In this document: piece by piece, positions 10,203 to 18,747 of the stretch | How the letters are laid out: each line of letters begins with the position of its first letter | How positions within the stretch are numbered: position 1 is the first letter of the stretch | The notes under the pieces: model-generated | Databases searched by the model: none | Told to the model about the DNA's origin: nothing | Seen by the model: only the letters and a program-made list of their open reading frames with translations | Program-made: the position numbers and the translations under genes | DNA from: Candidatus Colwellbacteria bacterium CG10_big_fil_rev_8_21_14_0_10_42_22 | GTDB lineage: Bacteria; Patescibacteriota; Minisyncoccia; UBA6257; Colwellbacteraceae | DNA length: 57,941 nucleotides | NCBI GenBank assembly: GCA_002773725.1 | Contig: PFAH01000010.1 | Coordinates: 1-57,941, forward strand | Reading direction: 5' to 3'

Positions 10203-11840
10203 TTATTCTCCTATATCAATTCTATCTGGTGGAATGTTGTAATAATTGATTATAAAGTGAGCAAGCTCTCTAAAGGCAGGCACAATCGTGCCTCCTGCTA
10301 AAGGTGCACCATAGGGCTTATCTAAACGCAGGAGAATAATGAACTTTGGATCGTTCGTCGGTCCAAAACCGACGAATGTATTTATAACATCGTCCGTATA
10401 CTTTCCTCCGTTTGGTCCCGGCACTTGAGCCGTACCCGTCTTGCCCGCAATAGAATATCCGTTTATCTTGGCAATGGTCGCTTTGTCCACGGCCGAAACC
10501 ATCATTTCCGTGATCTGCCGACTGGCATCTCTTGATATCACCCTACCCATTTTTTGAGATTTATTTTCTGCATTAATATACGGCCTCATCAATTCTCCTC
10601 CATTTGCAATAGCCGAGATAGCCATGATTAAACGAATGGGAGTGGTAGAAATACCCTGCCCAAAACTGGCCGTGGCGTAGTTGATTTCTCTGATGTCGTC
10701 TTCTAAAGGAGATAAGCTTCCTACCACCTCGCCCGGTAGATCTATTTCTGCTTTATCTTTGAAACCAAATTTCTTGAGATATTCATAAAACTTTTTCTGT
10801 CCTAATTGTCTTTGGGCAAAAGCAGCTCCTGTGTTTACAGAGCGCTCGATAACGTTTGTCATAGTAATGGTGCCGTTGGCTTTCAAATCCCAGTTTCTGA
10901 TGGTGTGTTCATTAAGCGTCAATTCTCCTGAATCGTAATAAGTGGTCTCGGATGTAATTACACCCGCATCTAGAGCAGATGCCATTGTAATCACTTTAAA
11001 GATGGATCCCGGTTCATAAACGGATTGAACCGCTGGATTTAGAAAGTTCGCTATTGGATAGTTTCCATAATCGTTAGGATCGAAGCCGGGATAACTGGCC
11101 ATTGCTAATATTTTGCCCGTATCTGGCTCTGCCACTATCACAGTCCCCCCAACACCCCTATAGTTCTCAACCAAAGCTTTGAGCACATTTTCTGCCTGAT
11201 TTTGAATATTGGCATCTATAGTAAGTTTTATATCTTTCCCATGCATGGGCGACTTGATGACGTCCCCTTCTGCCTCTCCCTCAACGCCTCCCAAACGTTG
11301 ATTGTAATAATTCTCTATGCCATATTGTCCATTCCAAAAAAGCTCATTAGTCGAAGCATATCCCAAAACGTGTGCCCCCTTTTGACCCAGCGGATAGAAA
11401 CGCGTCAGTCCTTTCGCTATATAAACTCCTTCTATATCCAACTCTTCTATTAGGGCCACTTGTTCGTCGGTTGGCCTTTTGATTAATGATTCATACGGAT
11501 CATTCTCTTTTGATAAGAGAGATACGAGTTCTTCTTGGGTCTTGTCCTCAACGATAGGGTCGAGTTTAATAGCAACCGCAGTTGGGTCATCTATTTTGTT
11601 TGGAACAGCATAAATAATTGGATACTCTCTGTTGATTGCCGCCTGTACTCGCTCTCCGTCTTTGTCTGTAAAATAGATACTTCCTCTCTCGGGGGTTAGA
11701 AAGCCTCCGATAGAATTAATGGCGGATGCTTGGGCGCCATATCTGTCTCCTTCACTAACTTGGATATCAAAAAAACGCCAACCGATAGCTGAAAAAGCTA
11801 AAGCGAAAACGGCAATTATGACTGTGATGCGAGCACCCAT
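10203..11840 (-). CDS. ftsI: Penicillin-binding protein (FtsI/PBP2-like transpeptidase)
   Basis: EPGSIFK (SxxK), SVN (SxN) and KTGTAQ motifs; dcw context. Confidence 0.9.
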   Translation of the reverse strand: MGARITVIIAVFALAFSAIGWRFFDIQVSEGDRYGAQASAINSIGGFLTPERGSIYFTDKDGERVQAAINREYPIIYAVPNKIDDPTAVAIKLDPIVEDKTQEELVSLLSKENDPYESLIKRPTDEQVALIEELDIEGVYIAKGLTRFYPLGQKGAHVLGYASTNELFWNGQYGIENYYNQRLGGVEGEAEGDVIKSPMHGKDIKLTIDANIQNQAENVLKALVENYRGVGGTVIVAEPDTGKILAMASYPGFDPNDYGNYPIANFLNPAVQSVYEPGSIFKVITMASALDAGVITSETTYYDSGELTLNEHTIRNWDLKANGTITMTNVIERSVNTGAAFAQRQLGQKKFYEYLKKFGFKDKAEIDLPGEVVGSLSPLEDDIREINYATASFGQGISTTPIRLIMAISAIANGGELMRPYINAENKSQKMGRVISRDASRQITEMMVSAVDKATIAKINGYSIAGKTGTAQVPGPNGGKYTDDVINTFVGFGPTNDPKFIILLRLDKPYGAPLAGGTIVPAFRELAHFIINYYNIPPDRIDIGE

Positions 11841-12109
11841 TCTGGATTTTTATCTTTAATCAAGCCCATCTCGCCCGCCAATCTTTCTAAATTTTCCACG
11901 TTTGTTAGTTCAAAATATTGATTCTTCAACTCTGCGTTTTGAAGCTTACCTGATTTTAATTCGTCTCGTACTGCTTCTAGGTCGTGCTGAATGCTCACCA
12001 AGCTGACGTAGCTCACAAGCACTGCCAAGATCATCACGCCCATTCCTATCCCACACAAAATACAAATCTTTATAAAATCTCTGTCTTTATTTGGTCTTAT
12101 AATTGTCAT
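11816..12109 (-). CDS. ftsL: FtsL-like cell division protein
   Basis: One TM segment plus leucine-rich coiled coil, located between rsmH and the PBP gene. Confidence 0.65.
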   Translation of the reverse strand: MTIIRPNKDRDFIKICILCGIGMGVMILAVLVSYVSLVSIQHDLEAVRDELKSGKLQNAELKNQYFELTNVENLERLAGEMGLIKDKNPEWVLASQS

Positions 12110-12996
12110 TTTATTTCTATTGCTCTTAATTTTGCGCTTCGACTTCTTGGATTTTGTTTAACTTCTAAATCTGTTGGTTTGATGGCTTTTTTACTAATTA
12201 GTATTGCTTCTCCTTTCTCGGCTAAATCTTTGAAGAAATGCTTAACCATTGCATCTTCTTTAGAGTGATAACTGATAATGACGGCTCTACCTCCAGACCT
12301 CACTATCTCTGTTAATCCTCCTAAAATTCTGCCGAGATTCTCGAGTTCTCGATTAGCGTATATACGGAAGGCCATAAACGTTCTCGTTGCCGGATCAATT
12401 CTGCCCCCTTCATAATTTTTAGGTACCGCGCCCCTCACCACTTTTGCCAAATCATGATTAGTCACAATCGGTGATTTTTTGCGCTCAAGAACAATGGCCT
12501 TAGCAATCCTGCCCGCATATCTTTCATCACTTAAATCTTTAATGATTTCCGCAATCTGGCGCTCTCCAAGAGTCCCCAGGATTTGATAGAGTGGCGTGTC
12601 GTAATCGCTGTACGTCATGGCAAGCGGCTCTTCTTTACCCTTGAAGGCAAACCCCTTGCCCTCACCTAACTGATCCGAAGAGAATCCCAAATCAATTAGA
12701 AGTCCATTCACCTTGCCAATCCCCTCTCTTTCTAAGACATCGACCAAGTCAGCATAATTGCTACAAACAAGAATTAGCTTTTCTAAATCCAGCACTTCTT
12801 GTCCTATTGCTTCGCGAAGCTCTTTGAGCCGTTTCTCATCCCAATCGATGCCAATGAAAGTTCCTCCTGGAGAAAGACGTCTGGCAATCGGTATGCCATG
12901 TCCTCCGCCCCCAACCGTAGCGTCAATCATTATTTGTCCCTCGCGTGGAGCTAGTGTCTCCAATACCTCGTTTAAAAGAACAGGAACGTGGGCCAT
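12106..12996 (-). CDS. rsmH: 16S rRNA m4C1402 methyltransferase RsmH
   Basis: HVPVLLNE, DATVGGGGH, DLGFSS and NPRSRSAKLR motifs. Confidence 0.97.
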   Translation of the reverse strand: MAHVPVLLNEVLETLAPREGQIMIDATVGGGGHGIPIARRLSPGGTFIGIDWDEKRLKELREAIGQEVLDLEKLILVCSNYADLVDVLEREGIGKVNGLLIDLGFSSDQLGEGKGFAFKGKEEPLAMTYSDYDTPLYQILGTLGERQIAEIIKDLSDERYAGRIAKAIVLERKKSPIVTNHDLAKVVRGAVPKNYEGGRIDPATRTFMAFRIYANRELENLGRILGGLTEIVRSGGRAVIISYHSKEDAMVKHFFKDLAEKGEAILISKKAIKPTDLEVKQNPRSRSAKLRAIEIK

Positions 12997-12999
12997 CGC

Positions 13000-13431
13000 C
13001 TATATCCCCAGATCTGCCATCTTCTCCGCAATCTCTTCTGAGGCGCCCTCTGTTTTTGTCTTGTAGACACTCCATGCCTTTTCATCCCAAACTTCCATGC
13101 GATTGTAGACACCGATGACTTGTGCCGACTTTTTTAATCCGGCGTATTTCCGCAGATAGTCGGGAACCAAAACCCTTCCCTGCGAATCCAACCCAACATC
13201 ACTAGCTCCGGAGAGCATTAACCTTACAAAGGCCCTTGAGTTGGCTTGAGAAAGAGGGAGGGCTATCAGCTTTTCGGCTAAGATTTGCCAGTCCTTTTTA
13301 GTGAATATGAAAAGACATTTATCTAATCCTCGTGTAATAATGGCGCCTCCTGAAATTTGGCGTCTAAATTTGGCGGGCACTGCTACCCTACCCTTTTCAT
13401 CAATACTGTGTTGAAACTCTCCTATGAACAT
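13000..13431 (-). CDS. mraZ: Division/cell wall cluster repressor MraZ
   Basis: Two SpoVT-AbrB repeats (DEKGRVAVP, DSQGRVLVP). Confidence 0.97.
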   Translation of the reverse strand: MFIGEFQHSIDEKGRVAVPAKFRRQISGGAIITRGLDKCLFIFTKKDWQILAEKLIALPLSQANSRAFVRLMLSGASDVGLDSQGRVLVPDYLRKYAGLKKSAQVIGVYNRMEVWDEKAWSVYKTKTEGASEEIAEKMADLGI

Positions 13432-13446
13432 GACTTATTAACATAT

Positions 13447-13540
13447 ATGTGGGGTTATCCACACATTTATCCACTTTTCCCCACTTGTTTTGCAGTGTAT
13501 TCCACAAATCAACACAAATCAACAAACTCTCTGTGGATAG
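13447..13540 (-). promoter_or_regulatory. MraZ-box / DnaA-box cluster upstream of mraZ
   Basis: Minus strand GTGG repeats; perfect TTATCCACA at 13455-13463 and near-matches at 13467-13475, 13498-13506 and 13532-13540. Confidence 0.6.
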
Positions 13541-13554
13541 GGTCTCACACAGAT

Positions 13555-13589
13555 AAGTAAAAACTGCCCACTTGGGGCAGTTTTTACTT
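13555..13589. terminator. Bidirectional intrinsic terminator after rplL
   Basis: Perfect 15-bp inverted repeat AAGTAAAAACTGCCC/GGGCAGTTTTTACTT. Confidence 0.85.
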
Positions 13590-13618
13590 TTTGTCTTGTA
13601 GTCCTCTCTTGTAGTTCT

Positions 13619-14155
13619 CTATTGAAGTTCTACAGTAGCGCCGGCCTCTTCAAGCTTCTTCTTTATCTCTTCTGCTTCTTCTTTCTTAACACCTTCCTTG
13701 ACCGGTTTTGGAGCGCCTTCTACTAAGTCCTTAGATTCTTTAAGACCAAGACCCGTAATCTCGCGAACTGCTTTGATAGCATTGATTTTTTGCTCACCTG
13801 CTGATTTAAGTATGACGTTAAATTCGTCTTTCTCTTCAACGGCGACTCCCCCACCAGCTGCGATAGGAGTAGTGGCACTAATGCCAAATTTCTTTTCTAG
13901 AATCTTGACCAGTTCTGCTAATTGCATGACATTCATGCCTTCCAAGCTCTCAACTAGATCCTTAAATTCAGCTGGAACTTCTACTTCTTCAGCTTCATCA
14001 GCAGAAGTTAGAGCTTCTTCCTTAGGATCTTCTTTAGGGGTCTCTTCGACAGGAGCTTCCTCTACCTTCTCTTCTGTAGTAGGAGTATCCTCTTGAACCT
14101 CTTCGCTTGGGTGAGCAGATTCATCTGCTTTAGTCTTTTTATCTTCGTCTGCCAT
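13619..14155 (-). CDS. rplL: 50S ribosomal protein L7/L12 with acidic N-terminal extension
   Basis: [24 protein letters not shown] and [13 protein letters not shown]. Confidence 0.97.
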   Translation of the reverse strand: MADEDKKTKADESAHPSEEVQEDTPTTEEKVEEAPVEETPKEDPKEEALTSADEAEEVEVPAEFKDLVESLEGMNVMQLAELVKILEKKFGISATTPIAAGGGVAVEEKDEFNVILKSAGEQKINAIKAVREITGLGLKESKDLVEGAPKPVKEGVKKEEAEEIKKKLEEAGATVELQ

Positions 14156-14184
14156 TTTTTATTTAATCTTTAATATTTTCGACC

Positions 14185-14676
14185 TTAACTTTGTTTGGAT
14201 TTTTCACTCAATATATGCAGGAGTGATCTAATCGGAGCTACAATCGAACCAACCACCTGCCCCAAAAGAACTTCTTTGGGTGGCAAGCTACCGATTGCGT
14301 TAATTGTCGTTTCATCAATCTCTTCTCTTTTCTCTAAATCATAGGCACCCAAAAGTTTGAACGTGTTGTGATCTTTGGCAAACCTGTAAAGTGGTCCAGC
14401 AATTTCAGATATATCTCCCTTTACAAAAACCGTCCCCAATTCGCCTTCGTATTTCAACGGATCAAGTTCAATTTTTTTGTCTTTTAAAATTACTCCTAAG
14501 AGGCGCTTCTTGATAACTTTGAACTTGCTTCCCAACTCCCTAAGAGTAGACCTTAGAGAATTCATATCCGTGACATTAACTCCAGAAAAATCTGTGAATA
14601 TAAGAGCGTTTGATTCATTGACGTTCTCGGCGCCTGTTTTTACTATATTCTCTTTTTGCTGTCTATTTATTGCCAT
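14185..14676 (-). CDS. rplJ: 50S ribosomal protein L10
   Basis: FTDFSG, KVIKKRLL, LPPKEVLLGQVV; upstream of rplL. Confidence 0.93.
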   Translation of the reverse strand: MAINRQQKENIVKTGAENVNESNALIFTDFSGVNVTDMNSLRSTLRELGSKFKVIKKRLLGVILKDKKIELDPLKYEGELGTVFVKGDISEIAGPLYRFAKDHNTFKLLGAYDLEKREEIDETTINAIGSLPPKEVLLGQVVGSIVAPIRSLLHILSEKSKQS

Positions 14677-14689
14677 AAAAATAAAAAGC

Positions 14690-14760
14690 TACGATTACGC
14701 AGCTAAGAAGTATTTCCTCGGCGGGACTTATGGTCGCCCACTGTCTGCGGATCGTGGATA
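14690..14760 (-). ncRNA. L10 leader (rplJ autoregulatory RNA)
   Basis: CCGCAGACAGUGGG...CCCGCCGAGG, resembling the L10-leader core, directly upstream of rplJ. Confidence 0.75.
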
Positions 14761-14789
14761 TATATTAGCAATTAGATAATCTGTGTCAA

Positions 14790-14969
14790 CTAGCCCTTGA
14801 GTCGAGCTTCTTTGTGGGGCGTGTGCTTTCTGCACCACTTACAGTACTTTTTAAGCCCTAGCTTGCCTTCAACTACGCGCTTATTTTTACGAGTATAGTA
14901 ATTCTTCCTGCTACACTCGGTGCACTTCATTGTTACTAAATATTCTGAAAATTTTGATTTTAATCCCAT
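14790..14969 (-). CDS. rpmG: 50S ribosomal protein L33 (zinc-binding form; missed by the ORF track)
   Basis: Manual translation: MGLKSKFSEYLVTMKCTECSRKNYYTRKNKRVVEGKLGLKKYCKWCRKHTPHKEARLKG. Confidence 0.93.
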   Translation of the reverse strand: MGLKSKFSEYLVTMKCTECSRKNYYTRKNKRVVEGKLGLKKYCKWCRKHTPHKEARLKG

Positions 14970-14982
14970 AATTTTATTTATT

Positions 14983-15058
14983 TGGAGCCGAGACGGGGAT
15001 TCGAACCCCGGACCTCTTCCTTACCATGGAAGCGCTCTGCCAGCTGAGCTATCTCGGC
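14983..15058 (-). tRNA. tRNA-Thr(GGT)
   Basis: Cloverleaf; anticodon arm CTTCC-ATGGTAA-GGAAG; encoded CCA. Confidence 0.96.
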
Positions 15059-15085
15059 AAGTAATAGCAACAACATATAACTTGA

Positions 15086-16444
15086 TTATATATTGTTGTC
15101 GAACGCCACCGAGAGGACTTGTCCCTCTCTCGGCATTAGCTTTGACCGAAAATGTTCTCTAACCGAGGTATCTATATCGCCAGCGCCCATAAAGATTACC
15201 ACCCCTTCTTCAATGAACGCAAGCGCCTCCTTGAGTGTTTCCTTATAAAAGATTCTTGTATTTTTATCAAGCTCTTTCTCTCTCTCCAAGAGAGCTTCAT
15301 ATAAGTCCTCGCTGGTTTTACCGCCCTCCCCTTCTCTGCCTGCAACCTGATAAATGGGCAGAAGACAAACCTTATCTGCGCTGTCAAAAGCTTCGATGAA
15401 ATCATCAAAAAGCATCGTCACTCGCTTAATTTGATGTGGTTGAAAAATGATTGTGATTTGCTTGTCTGGATACTCCGACTTTAATCCTTCGAGAGTTGTA
15501 CGAATCTCTGTTGGGTGATGTCCGTAGTCGCTGAAAAATGTAGTATCCTCCGGATATATCTTTTGGATAGGTTCAAGCTTTTCGAGTCGCCTCCAAACAC
15601 CTTTGAAATCCTGAAGTGCTTTGAAAGCAACGTTGCGCTCCACCCCAATCAACTTAGCCACTTGCCAAGCCGCCTCTGCATTTATTTGGTTAAAACTTCC
15701 CGGTATTTGAAGGGGCCAATTGAGCTCAATTCCAATTTCATTAAAAAACCCAATCTTGCAACTAACACCAGCTACTACAGATTGAGTGTGCTCGTCTTGA
15801 GAGTTCAGAATAGCTATAGAGTCGGCTGGTAGATTTTTCAGATATTGATTAAAACCACTTACCACACCTGCCATATCGCCATATGTATCTAGATGGTCCT
15901 CGTCTATGTTAGTAATAACTGCTATATGGGGCTTGTAGCTCCAAAATGCTCTGTCATATTCGTCTGCTTCTATAATCAAATATTTACTTTTACCTTTTCT
16001 AAAGTTGCTCCCGCCAAACTCTGCTAAGCGCGTGCCAACTATCACGGTTGGATCCAGCCCCGCCTCTATTAAGATACTCGCTAGCATACTAGTGGTGGTT
16101 GATTTGCCGTGCGTCCCCGAGACAGCCAAGGTAGTGTGTCGATCAACTAGTTCTCCTAAAGCTTGTGGGTATTTTAGCGTAGGGATTTTGAGTTCTCGGG
16201 TCTTTTTGAGCTCTAAACTATCGTCCTCAACAGCCGGACTATAAATAACTCTTTCTAGATCTTCAGTAATCGAGTCCTCAAACTCTCCACCCGTCTTAAT
16301 ATCCGCCCCCTTATCCATGAGAAGTTTGGTTAAATCAGAAGCAACTAAATCAGAACCAGAAACCTGCCATCCGGTGGCTAGATAGTATTGAGCGAGGGCG
16401 CTTACCCCTATACCTCCAATACCTATGAAGTGGACTTTTCTCAT
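15086..16444 (-). CDS. murC: UDP-N-acetylmuramate--L-alanine ligase
   Basis: HFIGIGGIGVS, GTHGKSTT, EADEYD and DYGHHPTEI motifs. Confidence 0.93.
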   Translation of the reverse strand: MRKVHFIGIGGIGVSALAQYYLATGWQVSGSDLVASDLTKLLMDKGADIKTGGEFEDSITEDLERVIYSPAVEDDSLELKKTRELKIPTLKYPQALGELVDRHTTLAVSGTHGKSTTTSMLASILIEAGLDPTVIVGTRLAEFGGSNFRKGKSKYLIIEADEYDRAFWSYKPHIAVITNIDEDHLDTYGDMAGVVSGFNQYLKNLPADSIAILNSQDEHTQSVVAGVSCKIGFFNEIGIELNWPLQIPGSFNQINAEAAWQVAKLIGVERNVAFKALQDFKGVWRRLEKLEPIQKIYPEDTTFFSDYGHHPTEIRTTLEGLKSEYPDKQITIIFQPHQIKRVTMLFDDFIEAFDSADKVCLLPIYQVAGREGEGGKTSEDLYEALLEREKELDKNTRIFYKETLKEALAFIEEGVVIFMGAGDIDTSVREHFRSKLMPREGQVLSVAFDNNI

Positions 16445-16448
16445 CTTG

Positions 16449-16522
16449 AGCCACCTCGCGGATTCGAACCGCGGACCTACTGTTTACAAAACAGTTGCTC
16501 TGACCAACTGAGCTAAGGTGGC
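16449..16522 (-). tRNA. tRNA-Thr(TGT)
   Basis: Cloverleaf; anticodon arm ACTGT-TTTGTAA-ACAGT. Confidence 0.96.
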
Positions 16523-16578
16523 AGTCTTATTTTTTATATTCAACGTTTATCTAAATCTATTTATGCCCAAATTGCAAT

Positions 16579-17757
16579 TTAGTAGTACTTTTCGACCATA
16601 TTACATATATATCCAGCCACATTGACCGGCTCGCCTTTGATTGGGTGGTGATGCATATCTACAAAGGGCAAGCTGTTTAATTCTATAATAGCTGAATTTT
16701 GCTCTTTCCAAGATTTTGATATATCGGGCGCAATAAAATCTATGCCTATCAACTTTGCCTTAAATTTTTGTGCCACTCTCCTAAAAAGCTCTAGATTATC
16801 TTTATGCACTTTCTTTGTCACCTCTATTATATCTGCCCCAAAATCAAGCAAGACCTTCTCCTGAAGATAAACAATTTTTTCTTGAGGCGGGATAGAGGCA
16901 AAGGCATATCTCTGTTTCTTTAGCAATTCTTCAGTTTTTTTATCTATGACAACTTTATAAAAAGTGCCATTAACTTCTCCCGCCTTTATTCTCTGTGGGT
17001 CTTCATTTTTAATATCAATCAATTGTGCAACTGTATGTTTGCCATCGCCAATAACATTCGCGGGTCTTCTCTCAACAACTGCAATATGCTTACCGTCTAT
17101 CACGGTTGCTCTATATACTCTTGTGTTTGGTATATATCTTTCAACTATCGCATATGGTTCGTAGCGAAAAACGCTTTTTAGCGCATCTTTGAGTGCATTC
17201 TCGTCTTGAATATTAATTCTCACGTGATGACTTGTAGAGCCCGATCTTGGCTTAATCACTAGTGGAAATCCAAGTTTTTTGCCATAATTTAAAGCTCTCC
17301 AATACTTTAATATTGAAAAACATTTACCCTGTGGAGTCGGCACTCCCATCTTTGTTAAAAGCTTTTTGACCGTTGCCTTGTCGTCTATAAATCCCCCATC
17401 TGCTCCTTTTATAAACTCGGCTCGAGGCAATCCCTCGAAAAGATATTTTCTACCACCCCTCTCAAGATAAAACATATTAATTGGACGCCCCAGGGCGTTG
17501 AAAAGAGTATAAAACTTATACCCCCTCTTAATACCTTCTTCTATAAATATGGAGGATCTCATATATATAGCAGGCGTTGATTCATATGGTCTAACCTTTA
17601 TAAGGCCTATGCCCATAAGCAAGCGTATAAATAGACCCTGTGTTTTATAAATCAGCCCACTAGAAGGGTTGGGCAAAAGATGAGATATTATACTCTCTAA
17701 ATATTTCTCAAAATGACTACGAGGAAGTGGAGCACAATCGAGACATTCTTTTTTCAT
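16579..17757 (-). CDS. ATP-grasp ligase (cyanophycin synthetase/GshAB-like C-N ligase domain)
   Basis: DDKATVKKLL, FPLVIKP, RRPANVIGDG, IGIDFI and IIELNSLP motifs. Confidence 0.8.
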   Translation of the reverse strand: MKKECLDCAPLPRSHFEKYLESIISHLLPNPSSGLIYKTQGLFIRLLMGIGLIKVRPYESTPAIYMRSSIFIEEGIKRGYKFYTLFNALGRPINMFYLERGGRKYLFEGLPRAEFIKGADGGFIDDKATVKKLLTKMGVPTPQGKCFSILKYWRALNYGKKLGFPLVIKPRSGSTSHHVRINIQDENALKDALKSVFRYEPYAIVERYIPNTRVYRATVIDGKHIAVVERRPANVIGDGKHTVAQLIDIKNEDPQRIKAGEVNGTFYKVVIDKKTEELLKKQRYAFASIPPQEKIVYLQEKVLLDFGADIIEVTKKVHKDNLELFRRVAQKFKAKLIGIDFIAPDISKSWKEQNSAIIELNSLPFVDMHHHPIKGEPVNVAGYICNMVEKYY

Positions 17758-17759
17758 TG

Positions 17760-17843
17760 TGCACGGAGAGGGATTCGAACCCCCGTAGGCGCAAGGCCGC
17801 CAGATTTACAGTCTGGTGCAATTGTCCACTCTGCCATCCGTGC
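17760..17843 (-). tRNA. tRNA-Tyr(GTA)
   Basis: Cloverleaf with long variable arm; anticodon arm CCAGA-CTGTAAA-TCTGG. Confidence 0.95.
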
Positions 17844-17891
17844 ATGTAATTTGTTAAAAGCCGTGTGCAATAGGTTTACCACAACCCTAGA

Positions 17892-17957
17892 GCACCAGAC
17901 CTGGTGCACCTGCCTGCCGGTAGGCAGGATTGTCCACTCTGCCATCCGTGCATGTAA
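17892..17957 (-). pseudogene. Duplicated 5' half of tRNA-Tyr, interrupted by a 20-bp palindrome
   Basis: 17929-17957 is identical to 17821-17849 and 17901-17908 to 17813-17820; anticodon loop and 3' half absent. Confidence 0.8.
17909..17928. repeat. 20-bp REP-like palindrome CCTGCCTGCCGGTAGGCAGG
   Basis: Exact reverse complement of 43049-43068. Confidence 0.85.
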
Positions 17958-18004
17958 CTAAAATCAAGTTTAGCCGACTAAAGACACCGATTCAACTAAA
18001 AGGA

Positions 18005-18253
18005 TTAATGTTTTTTAGATTTGAGCTGTTCGCTGATAAGATTGTCTGTCTTCATAACCAACACCTTAACTCGGCGCAAAAACTTATCCTTAAGTTTGAG
18101 TAAAAAGTTATCTAACTTGTCTAGGGGCAAAGATGTTCCGCTTGATTTATCTTCGCTTTCCTTGTCTTCAAGGCGTGGAACGGCAGCTGCCATCAAATAG
18201 ACAACAATTGCCAGTGAAATCATCACTAGAAGTTCTAGAATTAAGCTAAACAT
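18005..18253 (-). CDS. Hypothetical protein with N-terminal TM segment
   Basis: 82 aa; TACAAT -10 box 11 nt upstream of ATG. Confidence 0.7.
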   Translation of the reverse strand: MFSLILELLVMISLAIVVYLMAAAVPRLEDKESEDKSSGTSLPLDKLDNFLLKLKDKFLRRVKVLVMKTDNLISEQLKSKKH

Positions 18254-18287
18254 CTTTAGAGTTTATTGTATCACAAAGAAGCAGGCC

Positions 18288-18731
18288 CTAAAGCTCTAGG
18301 CGATAAAATTCGTCAACTTTAATATTCTCTCCGGTTTTAGCTATGGCTTGTTTAACTAGGTCCCCCACCGTCTGGCTTTCGTCCTTAATAAAATTTTGCC
18401 CTAGAAGTTCTTCTACATTCTTGGGGTTCATAGCCACAATTTGCATAGCTAAATTTTGGATTAATTCCTGAAATGGTTCTGACTTTGCCACAAAATCTGT
18501 TTCGCAACCAACACGAAGGACGGTACCAACACGATCGTTGTGTGTATATGTTTTTATGACTCCTGCTTTTATTTCTCGATCCGATTTCTTTTCGGCCTTA
18601 GCTAAACCCTTTTCTCTCATAATCTCAACGGCTTTAGCATAATCCCCGCCCGCCTCTTCAATAGCACGCTTGGCATCCATGATACCAGCCCCCGTTTCTT
18701 CTCTTAACTTTTTAATATCGTCTGTGCTCAT
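18288..18731 (-). CDS. tsf: Elongation factor Ts (short form)
   Basis: IKKLREETGAGIMDAK and CETDFVA motifs; follows rpsB. Confidence 0.95.
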   Translation of the reverse strand: MSTDDIKKLREETGAGIMDAKRAIEEAGGDYAKAVEIMREKGLAKAEKKSDREIKAGVIKTYTHNDRVGTVLRVGCETDFVAKSEPFQELIQNLAMQIVAMNPKNVEELLGQNFIKDESQTVGDLVKQAIAKTGENIKVDEFYRLEL

Positions 18732-18747
18732 TTATTGTTTGATTTCT

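Noticed and set aside
13447-13540. oriC
   Set aside because: No dnaA/dnaN nearby and no clear DUE; the position fits the mraZ promoter.
14920-15162. ORF over tRNA-Thr and rpmG
   Set aside because: Antisense to real features.
17754-17945. ORFs 17754-17945 and 17713-17961
   Set aside because: Spurious frames over tRNA-Tyr and its duplicate.
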